From Scyliorhinus canicula (taxonomy: Eukaryota), in the NCBI RefSeq assembly GCF_902713615.1, contig NC_052146.1, forward strand, positions 128,133,875-128,197,874: 64,000 bases of DNA. Direction: 5' to 3'. The position numbers and the translations under genes are program-made. Below, one piece after another: positions 13,348 through 25,770 of this stretch. How positions within the stretch are numbered: position 1 is the stretch's first letter; every line of letters begins with the position of its first letter. The notes below the pieces were generated by a model that was not told where the DNA came from, searched no databases, and saw only the letters and a program-made list of their open reading frames with translations.

Positions 13348-13434
13348 CTGAACCTCTTGGTTTGTGAATATCTGCTCATTAACTTCACATGCAACTAACA
13401 CTACCAGTTCCCACTCCATCTTCTGTACTGGCAT
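13348..13434 (-). CDS. RCAN2: First coding exon of the short isoform of a regulator of calcineurin (calcipressin), most like RCAN2 exon 4
   Basis: The minus strand reads ATG(13434) MPVQKMEWELVVLVACEVNEQIFTNQEVQ, 29 codons, preceded by an in-frame TGA and ending at a canonical phase-0 donor CAG|GTATGG (13348|13347). It aligns without gaps to the mammalian RCAN2 short-isoform N-terminus as recalled ([29 protein letters not shown]). Paralog assignment (RCAN2 vs RCAN3) is inference. Confidence 0.82.
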
Positions 13435-14000
13435 TCTTCAATGTGCTTAATCTATTTTTGTAGTTTCTCCACTCTCGTCTTCTCTCTTCCTCCGTAGCAT
13501 AGGAAAATCAGCACTCAGGACCTCTACCAAAACACAGTTTGGCTGATGCTTCTGAGCATCACCAATAATGTTATAAAACACAATGTATTCAAGGATCTTT
13601 TTAAAAAACAGGCTTTTTAAAAATCAGCTGCGAATGATGATCCTGCTTACAGCCAGCTCAGATCCGCACTCCATTTGCCTTCAGGAGATAAATGCAGGCA
13701 CTGAAAACTGAACACAGGGATTTAGTCCTGCCCGTGACATCACTGCAGCACTGACCTGGCATGCTAATTAGCTTGGCTTTCCTTTTCACAATTTATACAT
13801 GCTGCTCAAATTACACAACAAAAAAGGCTGTACAAGCAACCAAGCAAATTAAAATGGTAATAAATGAAGATTTCGCAGAAACTAGAATGGTAAATATTCC
13901 CCATTTATAATTTTAGCTGTAATTTACAGTGACAAACCATTCCCTTAACCTCTACTTCCTACACATCAGAGCCCACCTCTATTTGTATAATATATGGTAT
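13435..14000 (-). promoter_or_regulatory. Putative 5' UTR and proximal promoter of the RCAN short-isoform exon
   Basis: TE-free AT-rich sequence upstream of the exon. Minus-strand TATAAAT at 13797-13791 and 13909-13903, CRE-like TGACATCA near 13735. TSS unknown. Confidence 0.35.
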
Positions 14001-14663
14001 TTGTAGCGAGCTCAGGGGTTGAACAGAAAATCCTTGTTACTGTATTTCAGCTTATGGATGCATCACATGCAGGGCAATAGAATAAACACTCCATCCGACT
14101 CTGGCTTAGGCTATGATCTATCAGACAGGTTTATTGAACTTTAAACAGATAAGTGAATGGTAGCAAGAGCAGACTATAATAGATTTACAATAATTATGGG
14201 CGTAACTGTTTTTCCTTGGGTTACAGAAAACAACAAAGTCATTTCTGCATTAACACTCTCAATTCAAAACTGAACCTGAAGCAGAAGTCCAGGATTAATC
14301 TGCCACTGCAGTTTGGTGTTGATCTATGACAGTCTTTGGCAATGTCCCCATATTTGATGGCTTGGGAACGGCTGCTGAATTTAAACAAGTCAGCCAGAGA
14401 TTTTTTAATGTTTTGAAGATAAACCATAACAAAGGAAATTAAAATATGTAACGCAGATGCCAAATCAAAAATGTATTGTAAACAGATCCACAGGATACTT
14501 GTGTTTGAACTGAATGGCTTGAACCCATTTCTAGGAGCAAATTATCTTGCTTTACCCGACTGCTGTTGCAACAGTCTAATTGTTGAGTTATGGCAAAACC
14601 CCGTTTTTAAAATCATCAACCGGGAAAAAACTTTACAGGTTACGTATCAGAAATGATCTGATT

Positions 14664-14851
14664 GGTCACTGTCAGCAGTTGGGGGAGGAAAGTTCAGGTG
14701 GGGGAAAGGGGCAGGGTTTTTTTTTTTAGTCTTCTGTGTATCGGTTGAAGTGTGGGGGGTGGGGGGGGGGGGCTGTTTTGTTACCTTTCCTATTTTGTGT
14801 TCTTTGTTTTATGTGTAAGATGTTAAAAACCTAACAAAAATATATTTTTTT
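14664..14851 (+). mobile_element. L1/Tx1 3' UTR-only insertion
   Basis: G/T-rich 3' UTR similar to 10980-11236. 13-bp TSD AAATGATCTGATT at 14651-14663 and 14852-14864. Confidence 0.8.
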
Positions 14852-15122
14852 AAATGATCTGATTTTTGAGCTGGTATGTATCAAAAACCTGGGCCTGGGA
14901 CTTCCGGTGGCGGCGATGCGCAGTTGAGCCGCACATTCGGCGGCTCCCGCGAATAACGGACTTTGGGGCTCTTTTCAGGGCCCCCAACGGAGCTGAGGCG
15001 GCAAATCCCAACAGGGGAAGGGGCCAGCAGTCGACCCCAACGGTCTCATGGTCCGGACCAGGAGTGGGGCAGTGAGAAAACCGTTGAAAACACCTAGGAA
15101 AAATCGGGGGCAGGAAAACAAA

Positions 15123-15893
15123 ATGGCGGCCGGCGAAGGCCTCGAGGAGCTGAGGAAGTGGGCCCAGGAGTAGCAGGCAATTCTGCTGAGCTGCTTTCAG
15201 GAGCTGAAGTTGGAGTTGTTGGAGTCCCTGAAGGTAACCAACAGGGAACTGATGGAGACCCAGACAGCCCAGGGGGCTGCGATCCGGGAGCTGCAGCAGC
15301 AGGCCGCCGAAAGGGAGGACGAGGTCGTGGCCGCGGCGGGGAAGGTGGAAATGCACGAGGCGCTCCATAAAAGATGGCAGGAGCGGTTCGAGGAGCTGGA
15401 CAACCGGTCGAGGAGGAAGAATTTGCGGATCCTGGGCCTCACGGAGGGGCTGGAGGGGTCGGACCTAGCGGCCTATGTGGTGATGATGCTAAACTCGCTG
15501 ATGGGGGCTGGGTCCTTCCAGGGGCCCCTGGAGTTGGAGGGAGCCCACAGAATTCTGGCTAGGAGGCCGAAGCCGAATGAGCCGCCGCGGGCGGTGTTGG
15601 TGAGGTTCCACCGGTTCGTGGATCGTGAGTGTGTGCTCCGGTGGGCCAAGAAGGAGCGGAGCAGCAAATGGGAGAACACGGAGGTGCGGATCTTCCAGGA
15701 CTGGAGTGCGGAGGTGGCGAGGCGGAGGGCCGTGTTTAACCGGACGAAGGCGGTGCTCCACAGACGGAGGGTGAAGTTTGGAATGTTGCAGCCGGCGCGC
15801 CTGTGGGCCACCTATAAGGATCGGCACCATTATTTTGAGTCCCCGGAGGAGGCGTGGGCCTTTGTGCAAGCCGAGAAGCTGGACTCAAACTGA
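15123..15893 (+). pseudogene. L1 ORF1p (coiled coil plus Transposase_22-like RRM/CTD) with premature TAG at 15171
   Basis: Motifs LDNRSRRKNLRILGL, LEGAHR, PRAVLVRF, RIFQD, PARL. In-frame stop at codon 17. Confidence 0.88.
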
Positions 15894-16361
15894 GGGTCCC
15901 CCTGATGGGGGATGCTGTATAATACTGTATTTGTATTTGCTTGGTTTAGTGTAAGATGTGGGGTGGCTTTAGGGTGGGTGGGGTGATGTCGTACGGTTTT
16001 TTCTATGTGGGTTTTTAAGCAGGGGTCGGGTGGATGGGTTCGGGCAGAGGGGTAAATGGGGAGTTCGGGGAGCTGGTGGGGGGGACTGACAATGGGAGTG
16101 GCCCTGGAGGAGGTGGGACCCGGCAGGGCGAAAGCGCGGGCTTTCTGCGGGGTTCCCGCGCTGTCAGAGGGTGGGGGCGTGTTTTATTTTCCCGCGCAGG
16201 AGCGGGGGGAGGGTGGACTCGTTGGCGGGCACAATGGAGGAGGGGCAGGCCCACGTGGGGAGGAGCCGAAAGGAGGGCGGGAGTCGCCGGGGTCAGCAGA
16301 AGTTAGCTGGCTCATGGGAGTGCTGTAGAGGGTGGGGTGCAGCTAGGAGGGGTCCGAGCCT

Positions 16362-16394
<33 letters not shown>

Positions 16395-16524
16395 GGGTAC
16401 CAGGTTGCTGCTGAAACGGTCAGGAAGGAGCTGGGGACGCAGGGGGTGCTGGAGGGGGGGAGTTGCCGCAGTGAGAAACTGGCAGAGCGGGGGACGCTGG
16501 CCGGGGGTGGGCAAGGGATAGGGT

Positions 16525-19500
16525 ATGGCTAATCGGCAGGGGAAGGGAGCAGGGAGCCCTCGGATCTGGCTGATAACTTGGAATGTGAGGTGGCTGAATG
16601 GGCCCGTCAAGCGGGCCCGAGTATTTGCGCACCTGAAGGGACTGAAGGCGGATGTGGCCATGCTCCAGGAGACACACCTGAGAGTGGTGGACCAGGTCCG
16701 GCTGAGGAAGGGGTGGGTGGGCCAAGTGTTCCATTCGGGGCTGGATGAGAAGAGTAAGGGAGTGGCGATCCTGGTGGGGAAGAAGTTGTCGTTTGAGGCG
16801 TGGAGGGTGGTGGCTGACAGTGGCGGGAGGTACATGATGGTGAGTGGCAAGCTGCAGGGGAGCGGGTGGTGTTGGTGAATGTCTATGCCCCAAATTGGGA
16901 CGATGCGGGGTTTATGTGGCGTATGTTGGGCCGCATTCCGGACCTGGAGGCGGGGGACCTGATCATGGGGGGGGACTTTAACACAGTACTGGATCCCCCA
17001 TTGGATCGATCCAAGTCCCGGACGGGTAGGAGGTCGGCGGCGGCTAAGGTGCTGAGGGGATTCATGGACCAGATGGGGGGGGGTGGACCCCTGGAGGTTT
17101 GCGAGGCCAAGGGCCAGGGAATACTCGTTTTTCTCCCATGTACATAAGGCCTACTCGAGGATTGATTTTTTTGTCCTGAGCAGTGGGCTGGTGTCGAGGA
17201 TGGAGGATGTGGAATACTCCGCCATTGCCATTTCGGATCATGCCCCGCACTGGATGGACCTCGGGCTGGGGGAAGAGAGGGACCAACGTCCGCTCTGGCG
17301 CATGGAGGTGGGGCTGTTGGCAGATGAGGAGGTGGCCGGGAGGGTTCGGGGGTGTATCGAGAGGTACCTCGAGGCCAATGATAACGGGGAGGTTCGAGTG
17401 GGGACGGTTTGGGAGGCATTGAAGGCGGTGATGAGGGGGGACTTGATCTCCATCCGAACCCATAGTGAGAGGGGGGAGCAGAGGGAGAGGGAGAGACTGA
17501 TAGGGGAGATGGTGCAGCTGGATAGGAGATATGCGGAGGCCCCAGAGGAGGGATTGTTGGGGGAGAGGCGTAGGCTTCAGGCCAGATTTGACCTACTGAT
17601 GACCAGAAAGGCGGAAGCTCAGTGGAGGAAAGCACAGGGGGCGGTGTATGAATACGGGGAGAAGACGAGCAGGATGCTGGCGCACCAGCTCCGGAAGTGA
17701 GACGCGGCCAGGGAGATTGGGGGAGTGAGGGATAGAGCTGGGAAGGTGGTGCGGAGGGGGATAGATGTCAATGGGGTCTTCAGGGACTTCTATGGGGAAT
17801 TGTACCGGCCTGAACCCCCGGTGGAGGGGGGTGGAATGGGGCGCTTCTTGGACAAACTGCGATTCCCGAGGGTGGAAGAGGAGCAGGTGGAGGGACTAGG
17901 GGTGCCGATCGAGCTGGAGGAGGTGGTCAAAGGGATAGGGAGCATGCAGTCGGGGAAGGCGCCGGGGCCGGATGGGTTTCCGGCGGAATTCTATAAAAAG
18001 TATTTGGACCTGTTGGGCCCCCTGTTGGTCCGGACCTTTAACGAGGCAAGGGAGGGGGGGGGGGGGGGGGGGGGGGGGGGCGGCTCTGCCCCCAACTATC
18101 TCACGGACGCTGATTTCCCTGATCCTGAAGCGGGACAAGGACCCTCTGCAGTGTGGATCATATAGGCCGATTTTGCTGCTGAACGCCGATGCTAAGCTGC
18201 TGGCAAAGATCCTGGCCACTAGAATAGAGGATTGTGTGCCTGGGGTCATTCATGAGGACCAGACGGGGTTTGTGAAAGGAAGGCAGCTGAACACAAATGT
18301 ACGAAGGCTCCTCAACGTCATTATGATGCCAGCTGTGGAAGGGGAGGCGGAGATAGTGGTGGCATTAGATGCGGAGAAGGCCTTCGATAGGGTTGAGTGG
18401 GAGTATTTGTGGGAGGTGTTGGAGAGGTTTGGGTTTGGGGAGGGGTTTATCCGGTGGGTGAGGCTGCTCTACGAGGCCCCGATGGCGAGTGTAGCCACAA
18501 ATAGGAGGAGGTCGAAGTACTTTCGGCTGTACCGGGGGACGAGACAGGGGTGCCCCCTGTCCCCCTTGCTCTTCGCGTTGGCGATTGAGCTCCTGGCCAT
18601 GGCATTGAGGGAGTCAGGGAACTGGAGGGGCCGGGTGCGGGGTGGGGAGGAGCATCGAGTGTCGCTGTACGCGGACGACCTGTTGCTGTATGTGGCGGAC
18701 CCGGTGGGGGGTGATGCCGGAGGTGATGAGGAGTCTTAGGAAATTCGGGGGTTTCGCAGGGTATAAGTTGAACCTGGGCAAGAGTGAGGTGTTTGTGGTG
18801 CATCCGGGGGATCAAGAGGAGGGGATTGGTAGGCTCCCATTGAAGCAGGCAGGGAAGAGCTTTAGGTACCTAGGGGTCCAGGTGGCGGGGAGCTGGGGGG
18901 CCCTGCACAAGCTCAACCTCACAAGGTTGGTGGAGCAGATGGAGGAGGAGTTTAAGAGGTGGGATATGTTACCGCTGTCACTGGCGGGGAGGGTGCAGTC
19001 CGTTAAGATGCCGGTGCTCCCGAGGTTTTTGTTCCTGTTCCAGTGCCTCCCCATCCTTATCTCGAAGGCCTTTTTTTAGGAGGGTCAACAGGAGTATCAC
19101 GGGATTTGTGTGGGCGCATGGGACTCCGAGGGTTCGAAGAGTGTTCCTGGAACGAGGCAGGGATGGGGGGGCTGGCGTTGCCCAACCTCTGTGGGTACTA
19201 CTGGGCTGCCAACGCGGCGATGGTGCGTAAGTTGGTAATGGACGAGGAAGGGGCAGCATGGAAGAGGATGGAGGTGGCGTCTTGTGTGGGCACGAGCCTG
19301 GAGGCGCTAGTAACGGCGCCGTTGCCGCTCCCTCCAACGAGGTATACCACGAGCCCGGTGGTGGCGGCTACCCTCAAAATTTGGGGGCAATGGAGATGGC
19401 ACAGGGGAGAAATGGGGGGCTCGATGGAGGCCCCGATACGGGGGAACCATCGGTTTGTCCCAGGGAGCATTGATGGCGGATTTCTGGGCTGGCACAGGGC

Positions 19501-20335
19501 AGGGGTTAGGAGGTTGAGGGACCTGTTTGTGGAGGGGAGGTTCGCGAGTTTGGGGGAGTTAGAGGGGTAGTTTGGGCTCCCCCCCGGGAACATGTTTCGG
19601 TACATGCAGGTTAGGGCGTTTGCCAGGCGGCAGATGGAGGGGTTCCCCTTGTTGCCCCCACGGGGGGTACGGGACAGCGTGCTCTCGGGGGTGTGGGTCG
19701 GAGGAGGGAGGATTTCGGACATATACCGGGTAATGCAGGAGGTAGACGAGGCCTCGGTGGAGGAACTGAAGGGTAAATGGGAAGAGGAGCTGGGTGAGGA
19801 GATTGAGGAGGGGACGTGGGCGGATGCCCTGGAGAGAGTGAATTCCTCCTCTTCCTGTGCGAGGCTTAGCCTCATACAGTTCAAGGTGCTGCATAGGGCC
19901 CACATGACTGGGTTGAGGATGAGCAGGTTTTTCGGGGGAGAGGACAGGTGTGCGAGGTGCTCGGGGAGCCCAGCGAACCACGCCCATATGTTTTGGGCGT
20001 GCCCAGCATTGGGGGAGTTTTGGAAGGGGGGTAGCAAGGACGGTGTCGAGGGTGGTGGGATCCAGGGTCGAGCCAGGCTGGGGACTCGCAATTTTTGGGG
20101 TTGCAGTGGAGCCGGGAGTGCAGGAGGCGATAGAGGCCGGTGTTCTGGCCTTTGCGTCCCTAGTAGCCCGGCGGAGGATCTTGCTCCAATGGAAGGATGC
20201 GAGGCCCCCAAGCGTGGAGGCCTGGATCTCTGATATGGCGGGGTTCATTAAATTGGAGAGGGTGAAATGAGGGGACCAGTGCAAGGGTTTTTCAGGCGGT
20301 GGCAGCCTTTTCTGGACTTCCTGGCGGAACGGTAG
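16525..20335 (+). pseudogene. L1 ORF2p (APE endonuclease, reverse transcriptase), several frameshifts and stops
   Basis: TWNVRWL, LQETH, VNVYAPN, GGDFN, SRIDFF, SDHAP, GKAPGPDG, QGCPLSP and YADD are spread across ORF fragments. Confidence 0.92.
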
Positions 20336-20646
20336 GGAAATAGGCCGACAGCAGCAGCAACCCGGGAGGGGGGGGGAGGGAAGGTGGGGGGGGGGGGGGG
20401 GGGGGAAGGATTGGGGGGAGGGAGAACTGTGCACATGGGTTTGGGGAGGGTGATATCTCTTTCCCTTTCGTTGTCTGGGTGCTCTTTTGTTTTTTGTTTT
20501 TGTTCTTTCCTTTTGTTTGAAGTTGCTCTTGAAGCTGGGGGGGTATTGTTCATGGGGTGTTACCACGGTTGTTTGTTAATAGAGTTAAGATGTTTATATT
20601 TTGTATTTTGTAAAAATTTCAATAAAAATTATTTTTTTAAAAACCT

Positions 20647-21327
20647 GGGCCTGAAATTTCCGCTGATCGGCAGTTATACACCGCAGGCCAGGAAGTGGTC
20701 GTGAAATGCATTCACGACCACGGTCAGTCCCGGAGCGCAATTTCACTCTCGCTGGCCAATTAACAACCAACCAAAGTGAAGCGCACTTTGTGAAAGGCTG
20801 AGCGATGCCGGGGAGGGCGGGAAGAGGATGGGCACCGAGAAAAAGGATCGTGCAGGCTGGCGATTCCATTGTGTTCCCTAAGGGGCCACAGCCCCTACGG
20901 AACTGTCTGAGAAAGCTGCTGATCTGCCAAAAATAAATATCAGCAGAAAGACTGTGCCATGAGTGTCCAGGCAGCACAATCGTACACAGACACCTTCCAG
21001 ACACATTTGTTTATTTTATTTGAGCCCTGATCTTTTATCCTGCCCTGGATCGAGGTCACAGCTTTAACAGAAAGGCCTCTTGGCCAATCAGCCCCCGCCA
21101 ACCGTAAAGACAGATGGGCAATATAAAATCCCAGCCAATTGCTGCTTAATTAATTTAAATGTCTTCTTGATTGTCGATGGGAGTGCTTCTAACTTGTGTG
21201 TGCGCGCGCCTACCGAAATATCGCATTAAGGGAGCAATGAGGTTGGGACCACGCCTGTCTCTTCGTTTAATTTTACCCGCTTCCAGGTCAGGCGCCTGCC
21301 TGCACTTTATACTTAAAATTCTAGCCC
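20647..21327. mobile_element. Degenerate MITE / non-autonomous DNA transposon (Harbinger-like TIRs)
   Basis: Imperfect terminal inverted repeat GGCCTGAAATTT ... AAATTCTAGCCC. Confidence 0.4.
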
Positions 21328-23269
21328 TGGACTATCTTCTTGAAGTGAACCTAATTATAACCATGTGTGGAAGTCACCAGCAAGAAGGAAGTCAATAGTA
21401 CAATCCATTTTGAAGAGATGCTTCATGCTGTCACACACAAGTTGATCAAGGTCTTCAATTTATAAATGTAACAGTTGGTGCATCAAGTTTATCAATGACC
21501 AAATGGTACAATTTAGTACCATGAACCCCATCTGAATGCACCCGTCATTTATTCCTTAGAGAGACAAGAAGCCATACAAAAACCCCCTTAGTCAATCTAG
21601 ACGGAAGAAAACCCGGGAATTACCTCTGATGACAGAATGTGATTGGGAACATTTCAGGGGAGCACAGATGCATCACCTATTATTCTATCTACCGTTTAGA
21701 TATTGTATCAGCCACAGTTAGGAACTAGTTCCTCCTTCTTTTGAAAGCTTGCTGTGAATTCACACTCATTGCACAAACCAGCAACTTGCTGCAGAGATTA
21801 TCACTGCTCTATGAAAAGTTCAACCTCCTTACATTTAACCTGGTTCAATGCTTGCATATCTTAAATGCAAAGCTCTCATGCCTCCATCCCAATTAACTAA
21901 AATAGCTCATTCATTGTGGTTTCTGTTTTGTCTCATGCATAAACAATGGGAGTAATCTTACCTAACCTACTTTGCAGGGAACAGGTAGATACGGGTTAGT
22001 GCCCAGCTTTAACTCTCCACTGAAGTCAGTGGAGAGAGATAGGTGGCTGGCTAGAAACCTATCAGCTTCCCACCGGGTGGAAGAGGTGAACATGACCCAA
22101 TATCTCACGCATGACAAAGCCAATGGTATTATTTTACAAGTGTATCAAGAACTCAAGTATATCATTGCTATAGCAGCTTTTCTCAATTGAAGTCTGGAAC
22201 TGAGCATCCCTCGCGATTCCTATTGCAGTGACTAAAGCTATATTGGTGACAGAAAATTAGGGGTTGGGTCCAGCCGACCCAATAGGGGTCTCTTCCACTG
22301 GCTGGAGAACTGGTGGGTATTCTCTATGAGCAAGGCCTAATGATATTAAGTATCCTTCAGGAACTTTAGAGGCCACCGTTGGACCTTCCCCAGTGCACCG
22401 AGACCTGCTGATCAGAGGCCGGCCGTTGCTATTGGGTGTGGTGGCAGCTGCCAGCAATGCTGCCACCAGAGACCCAGGATTGCCGAGGGTTCCAGGCCAA
22501 AGATGAATGAGGGAGGATGGGGATTGCTGAATTAATGTTACGGGAAGAGGGGGTTAGATGGGTTAGAAGAAAGGGTGGGGGTTGACTTCTGTTGGCTTCA
22601 GACTTCAGCAACCACAGAGCACTTGACAATCATGGAATCCCTTAGAAGGCTGCGGCACACCCGATAGTGGCACAGGAAAGCCACACAGCTCCCTTTCAAT
22701 CCCCAAGTTCCCAATAAATTGCAGTGGGATAATGGGTGCCAACCTGCCACCAGCCGAGAATCATGCGTCAGCCCCTTCTGCCCTAAGAATTAATGGGGGA
22801 GGTTCTCCCTCACCAGGAGACTAATGTGGTTCTTCTCTGGTGATTTTGCAAGCTCAGCCACTCATGGTTCCTGCAGTGACAGGCTGTATTAAATCCAGCA
22901 ATATCAATCTATACTATGTGCTCAAGTCTCTGGACTGGGCTTCAATCCATGACCTCAACTATGAGAGCGCTGCTGCCAAGCTTACGCCGATGCAATAACT
23001 TATTAAATGCTTGTTATAAATCCATTATACATTACTTCAATTGCATTTCCTTTACTAATATACTCCTCAAAGAACTCTTGCTAAATTTCTCAAATGCATC
23101 TTGTTCTGTGCTGACTAACCTTAATTAACCCTTGTTTTCCTTGGGGAATATTAACTTTATCCTGTATTAGGGTCTTTAGAATCTAATCCGTTACTCATGT
23201 TTACTTGACTGCTCTATAATTACTTGATTTATCTGTTTTCCCTTTCTGAACAGAAGAAATATGTGAAAT

Positions 23270-24060
23270 GATGGGCGGAATTCTCAATTTTCCGCTGGCT
23301 GGAATTGCATGGACACTGATTCTGCGCTTGAAGCCTCATTAATTATGCATGAGCAAGCACCCCTCCAAATCACCTGGGTTGGGAGCTGATTCGTTAACCT
23401 ATTGTCAGCTGGCAGGTTCAAAGGTCTGGGTGCCATATTTAAACACCAGTGCATTACACTCCTATCACTCACCAGCACACGAGACCGAGCGGGATGTCAG
23501 CAACACAGAGACAAAAGGCTAGCCACCTCAAAAAGAACCATCCCCTTGAGACTTTGATTTGAGGAGTCCAGGCACAGAGGCCTACTCCTCTACCCAAGGG
23601 GCAGGACGGTAGCATAGTGGTTGGAACTATGGCTTCACAGCCCCAGGGTCCCAGGTTCGATTCCCAGCTTGGGTGACTGTCTGTGTGGAGTCTGCACGTT
23701 CTCCCCGTGTCTGCATGGGTTTCCTCCGGGTGCTCCGGTTTCCTCCCACAAGTCCCGAAAGACGCGCTGTTAGGTGAATTTGACGTTCTGAATTCTCCCT
23801 CTGTGTACCCGAACAGGTGCCGGAGTGTGGCGACTAGGGGCCTTTCACAGTAACTTCATTGCAGTGTTAATGTAAGCCTACTTGCGACAATAAAGATTTT
23901 TTTTTTTTTAATTAAGGGGCTGGCTTCAGTCAACCCAGCAACTTCAACTCACCATTGCCCAGGAGGCCAGCTGGGTGGCAACCACGCCACAGGCACCATA
24001 CAGTGCAGGAAGGGAATGAATGATCTCATCCGTTCCAACAGGGTAAGTCTTCTCTCAACT
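23270..24060 (+). mobile_element. Harbinger-type element remnant with Myb/SANT-like ORF fragment, interrupted by a SINE
   Basis: Begins GGGCGGAATTCTC. Near 23995 it encodes (T)IQCRKGMNDLIRS followed by GTAAGT, matching the QCRKxxNDL helix of Harbinger Myb/SANT partners. Confidence 0.5.
23600..23910 (+). mobile_element. V-SINE with Rex-like 3' tail
   Basis: tRNA head, V-domain (GTCTGTGTGGAGTCTGCACGTTCTCCCCGTG...), tail CCTTTCACAGTAAC...TACTTGCGACAATAAAG. Confidence 0.88.
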
Positions 24061-25426
24061 CCCTCGAGCATTGGCCTCTCAGCATAGCATCATATACTCT
24101 AATGGCTACTCACTTCACAGATTTTACACATCCATTAGCGAAGGTCACATATCAACATTCCTACCCTCATGGACGCTTTCAGATCAACATCATCTGTCAT
24201 GTTGCTCACACTCCATTCTTTGCCCGTTCTGGGGAGGGCTCACCACACACAAGGGACGTGCATTTCACCGAACCTCTGCTCCAACCCTCTGATTACATGC
24301 CTTTCTGTTATCTTCATACAGGGCAAGCTGGCGGATCCCGGACTGCACCAAGGCATAGTTATAGGGATAGGAAAGCTAAAGCATTTTGAGGTCACCTCTG
24401 GTTCACAGATGTGCCTCCACTGTAAATAAACTGCATTTATTGAAACTCATTGGATGGATACGTGAATGTTCTGGCCAACTGAAAGCATTTTGATTTTGCT
24501 CTTTAGAATCCTCTTATCCCAAGGTTCAGCCATCTTCATTCAACTTATCCCATTTAAGATTAACATTCATGTGATGTCAACCTCAGTGTATGTATTCCCG
24601 CGATTTCTGTGTGTCAGGGAGATGTGTGTAAATCATTACTAAGAGTATATGATCGAAAATGCTTGAATTTTCATTCCTCAAAGCACAGCAATGAGTATGA
24701 GCGAGGGCAGCTCATCAGCAACAATACTCTAGCAGCATCTCAGTGTTAGCATCCAAATCCAAGACTGGTACTTTAGCATGAGATCCCATGGCTGGTCCGC
24801 ATCTCAATCACAGCAGTGCCTGCATCATTAAGTGGCATCAAAAGCATCGAGCCTTGTCTCACATCGCTGTCGGCCTCACTGGACTTTAGGCTGACAATGT
24901 GAGCCTATCAGCAGGTCACCGATGATCAGAGCTAAGATCAAATCCGAGCGGATCATGAGCTCAGAACGCAGTAAGTGTCCTTCCTGACGATTCCCTTATT
25001 TCCCTTTTCATTATTTTTGCTGTTATCATTTTGATCCATAGATATTTAATGGAGATCTTTAAGTCAAGCAGCAGAGAAAAAGTGGAATACAAGAAGTTGC
25101 AGCATTGTATATTGTGCTGCTAAGTTTGGACAGCAGAATCCAGACTTTGTGGCACCAAAGAGATGGTGTGGTACTCAATTCGATTGGTTGGCTGGTGGCC
25201 AATGAATTGGCCAAAAGGCCGTATTCTGCCTGGTAATAGTTGGTGAGTGGATCCTGATTCAGTGGGATGATTTCCAGAGACCTAACGCAAACAGAGTTGA
25301 GACCAGGACACACGGACATGGAGCTGCTCCTTCTCTTCTCTCTCCAAAAAGGCTGTGTGCTGATGTATTTATGGATCTACAGATAACCTTAATGAATGAT
25401 ACATGTCCATTAAACATTATAATAGA

Positions 25427-25770
25427 GTGGCACGGTAGCACAGTGGTTAGCACTGTTGCTTCACAGCTCCAGGGTTCCTGGTTCGATTCCCGGCTTGGGT
25501 AACTGTCTATACGGAGCCTGCACATTATCTCCGTGTCTGCATGGCTTTCCTCCGGGTGCTCCAGTTTCCTCCCACAGACCAAAGATGTGCAGGTTAGATG
25601 GATTGGTCGTGCCAAATTGACCCTTAGTGTCCAAAAAGGTTAGCTGGGTTACTGGGTTCCGGGGATAGGGTGGAGGTGTGGGCTTAAGTAAGGTGCTCTT
25701 TCCAAGGGCCAGCGCAGACTCCATGGGCCGAATGGCCTCCTTGTGCACTGTGAGTTCTATGATTCTATGA
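25427..25770 (+). mobile_element. HE1-like V-SINE with CR1 tail
   Basis: tRNA head, V-domain, tail GGGCCGAATGGCCTCC...TTCTATGATTCTATG. Confidence 0.9.

Larger units (their letters stand above)
14898..20638 (+). mobile_element. Full-length L1/Tx1-clade LINE, inactivated
   Basis: 5' UTR starting GGACTTCCGG, ORF1, ~630-bp spacer, ORF2 (EN-RT-C-terminal), AATAAA. 15-bp TSD AAAAACCTGGGCCTG at 14883-14897 and 20639-20653. Confidence 0.95.
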
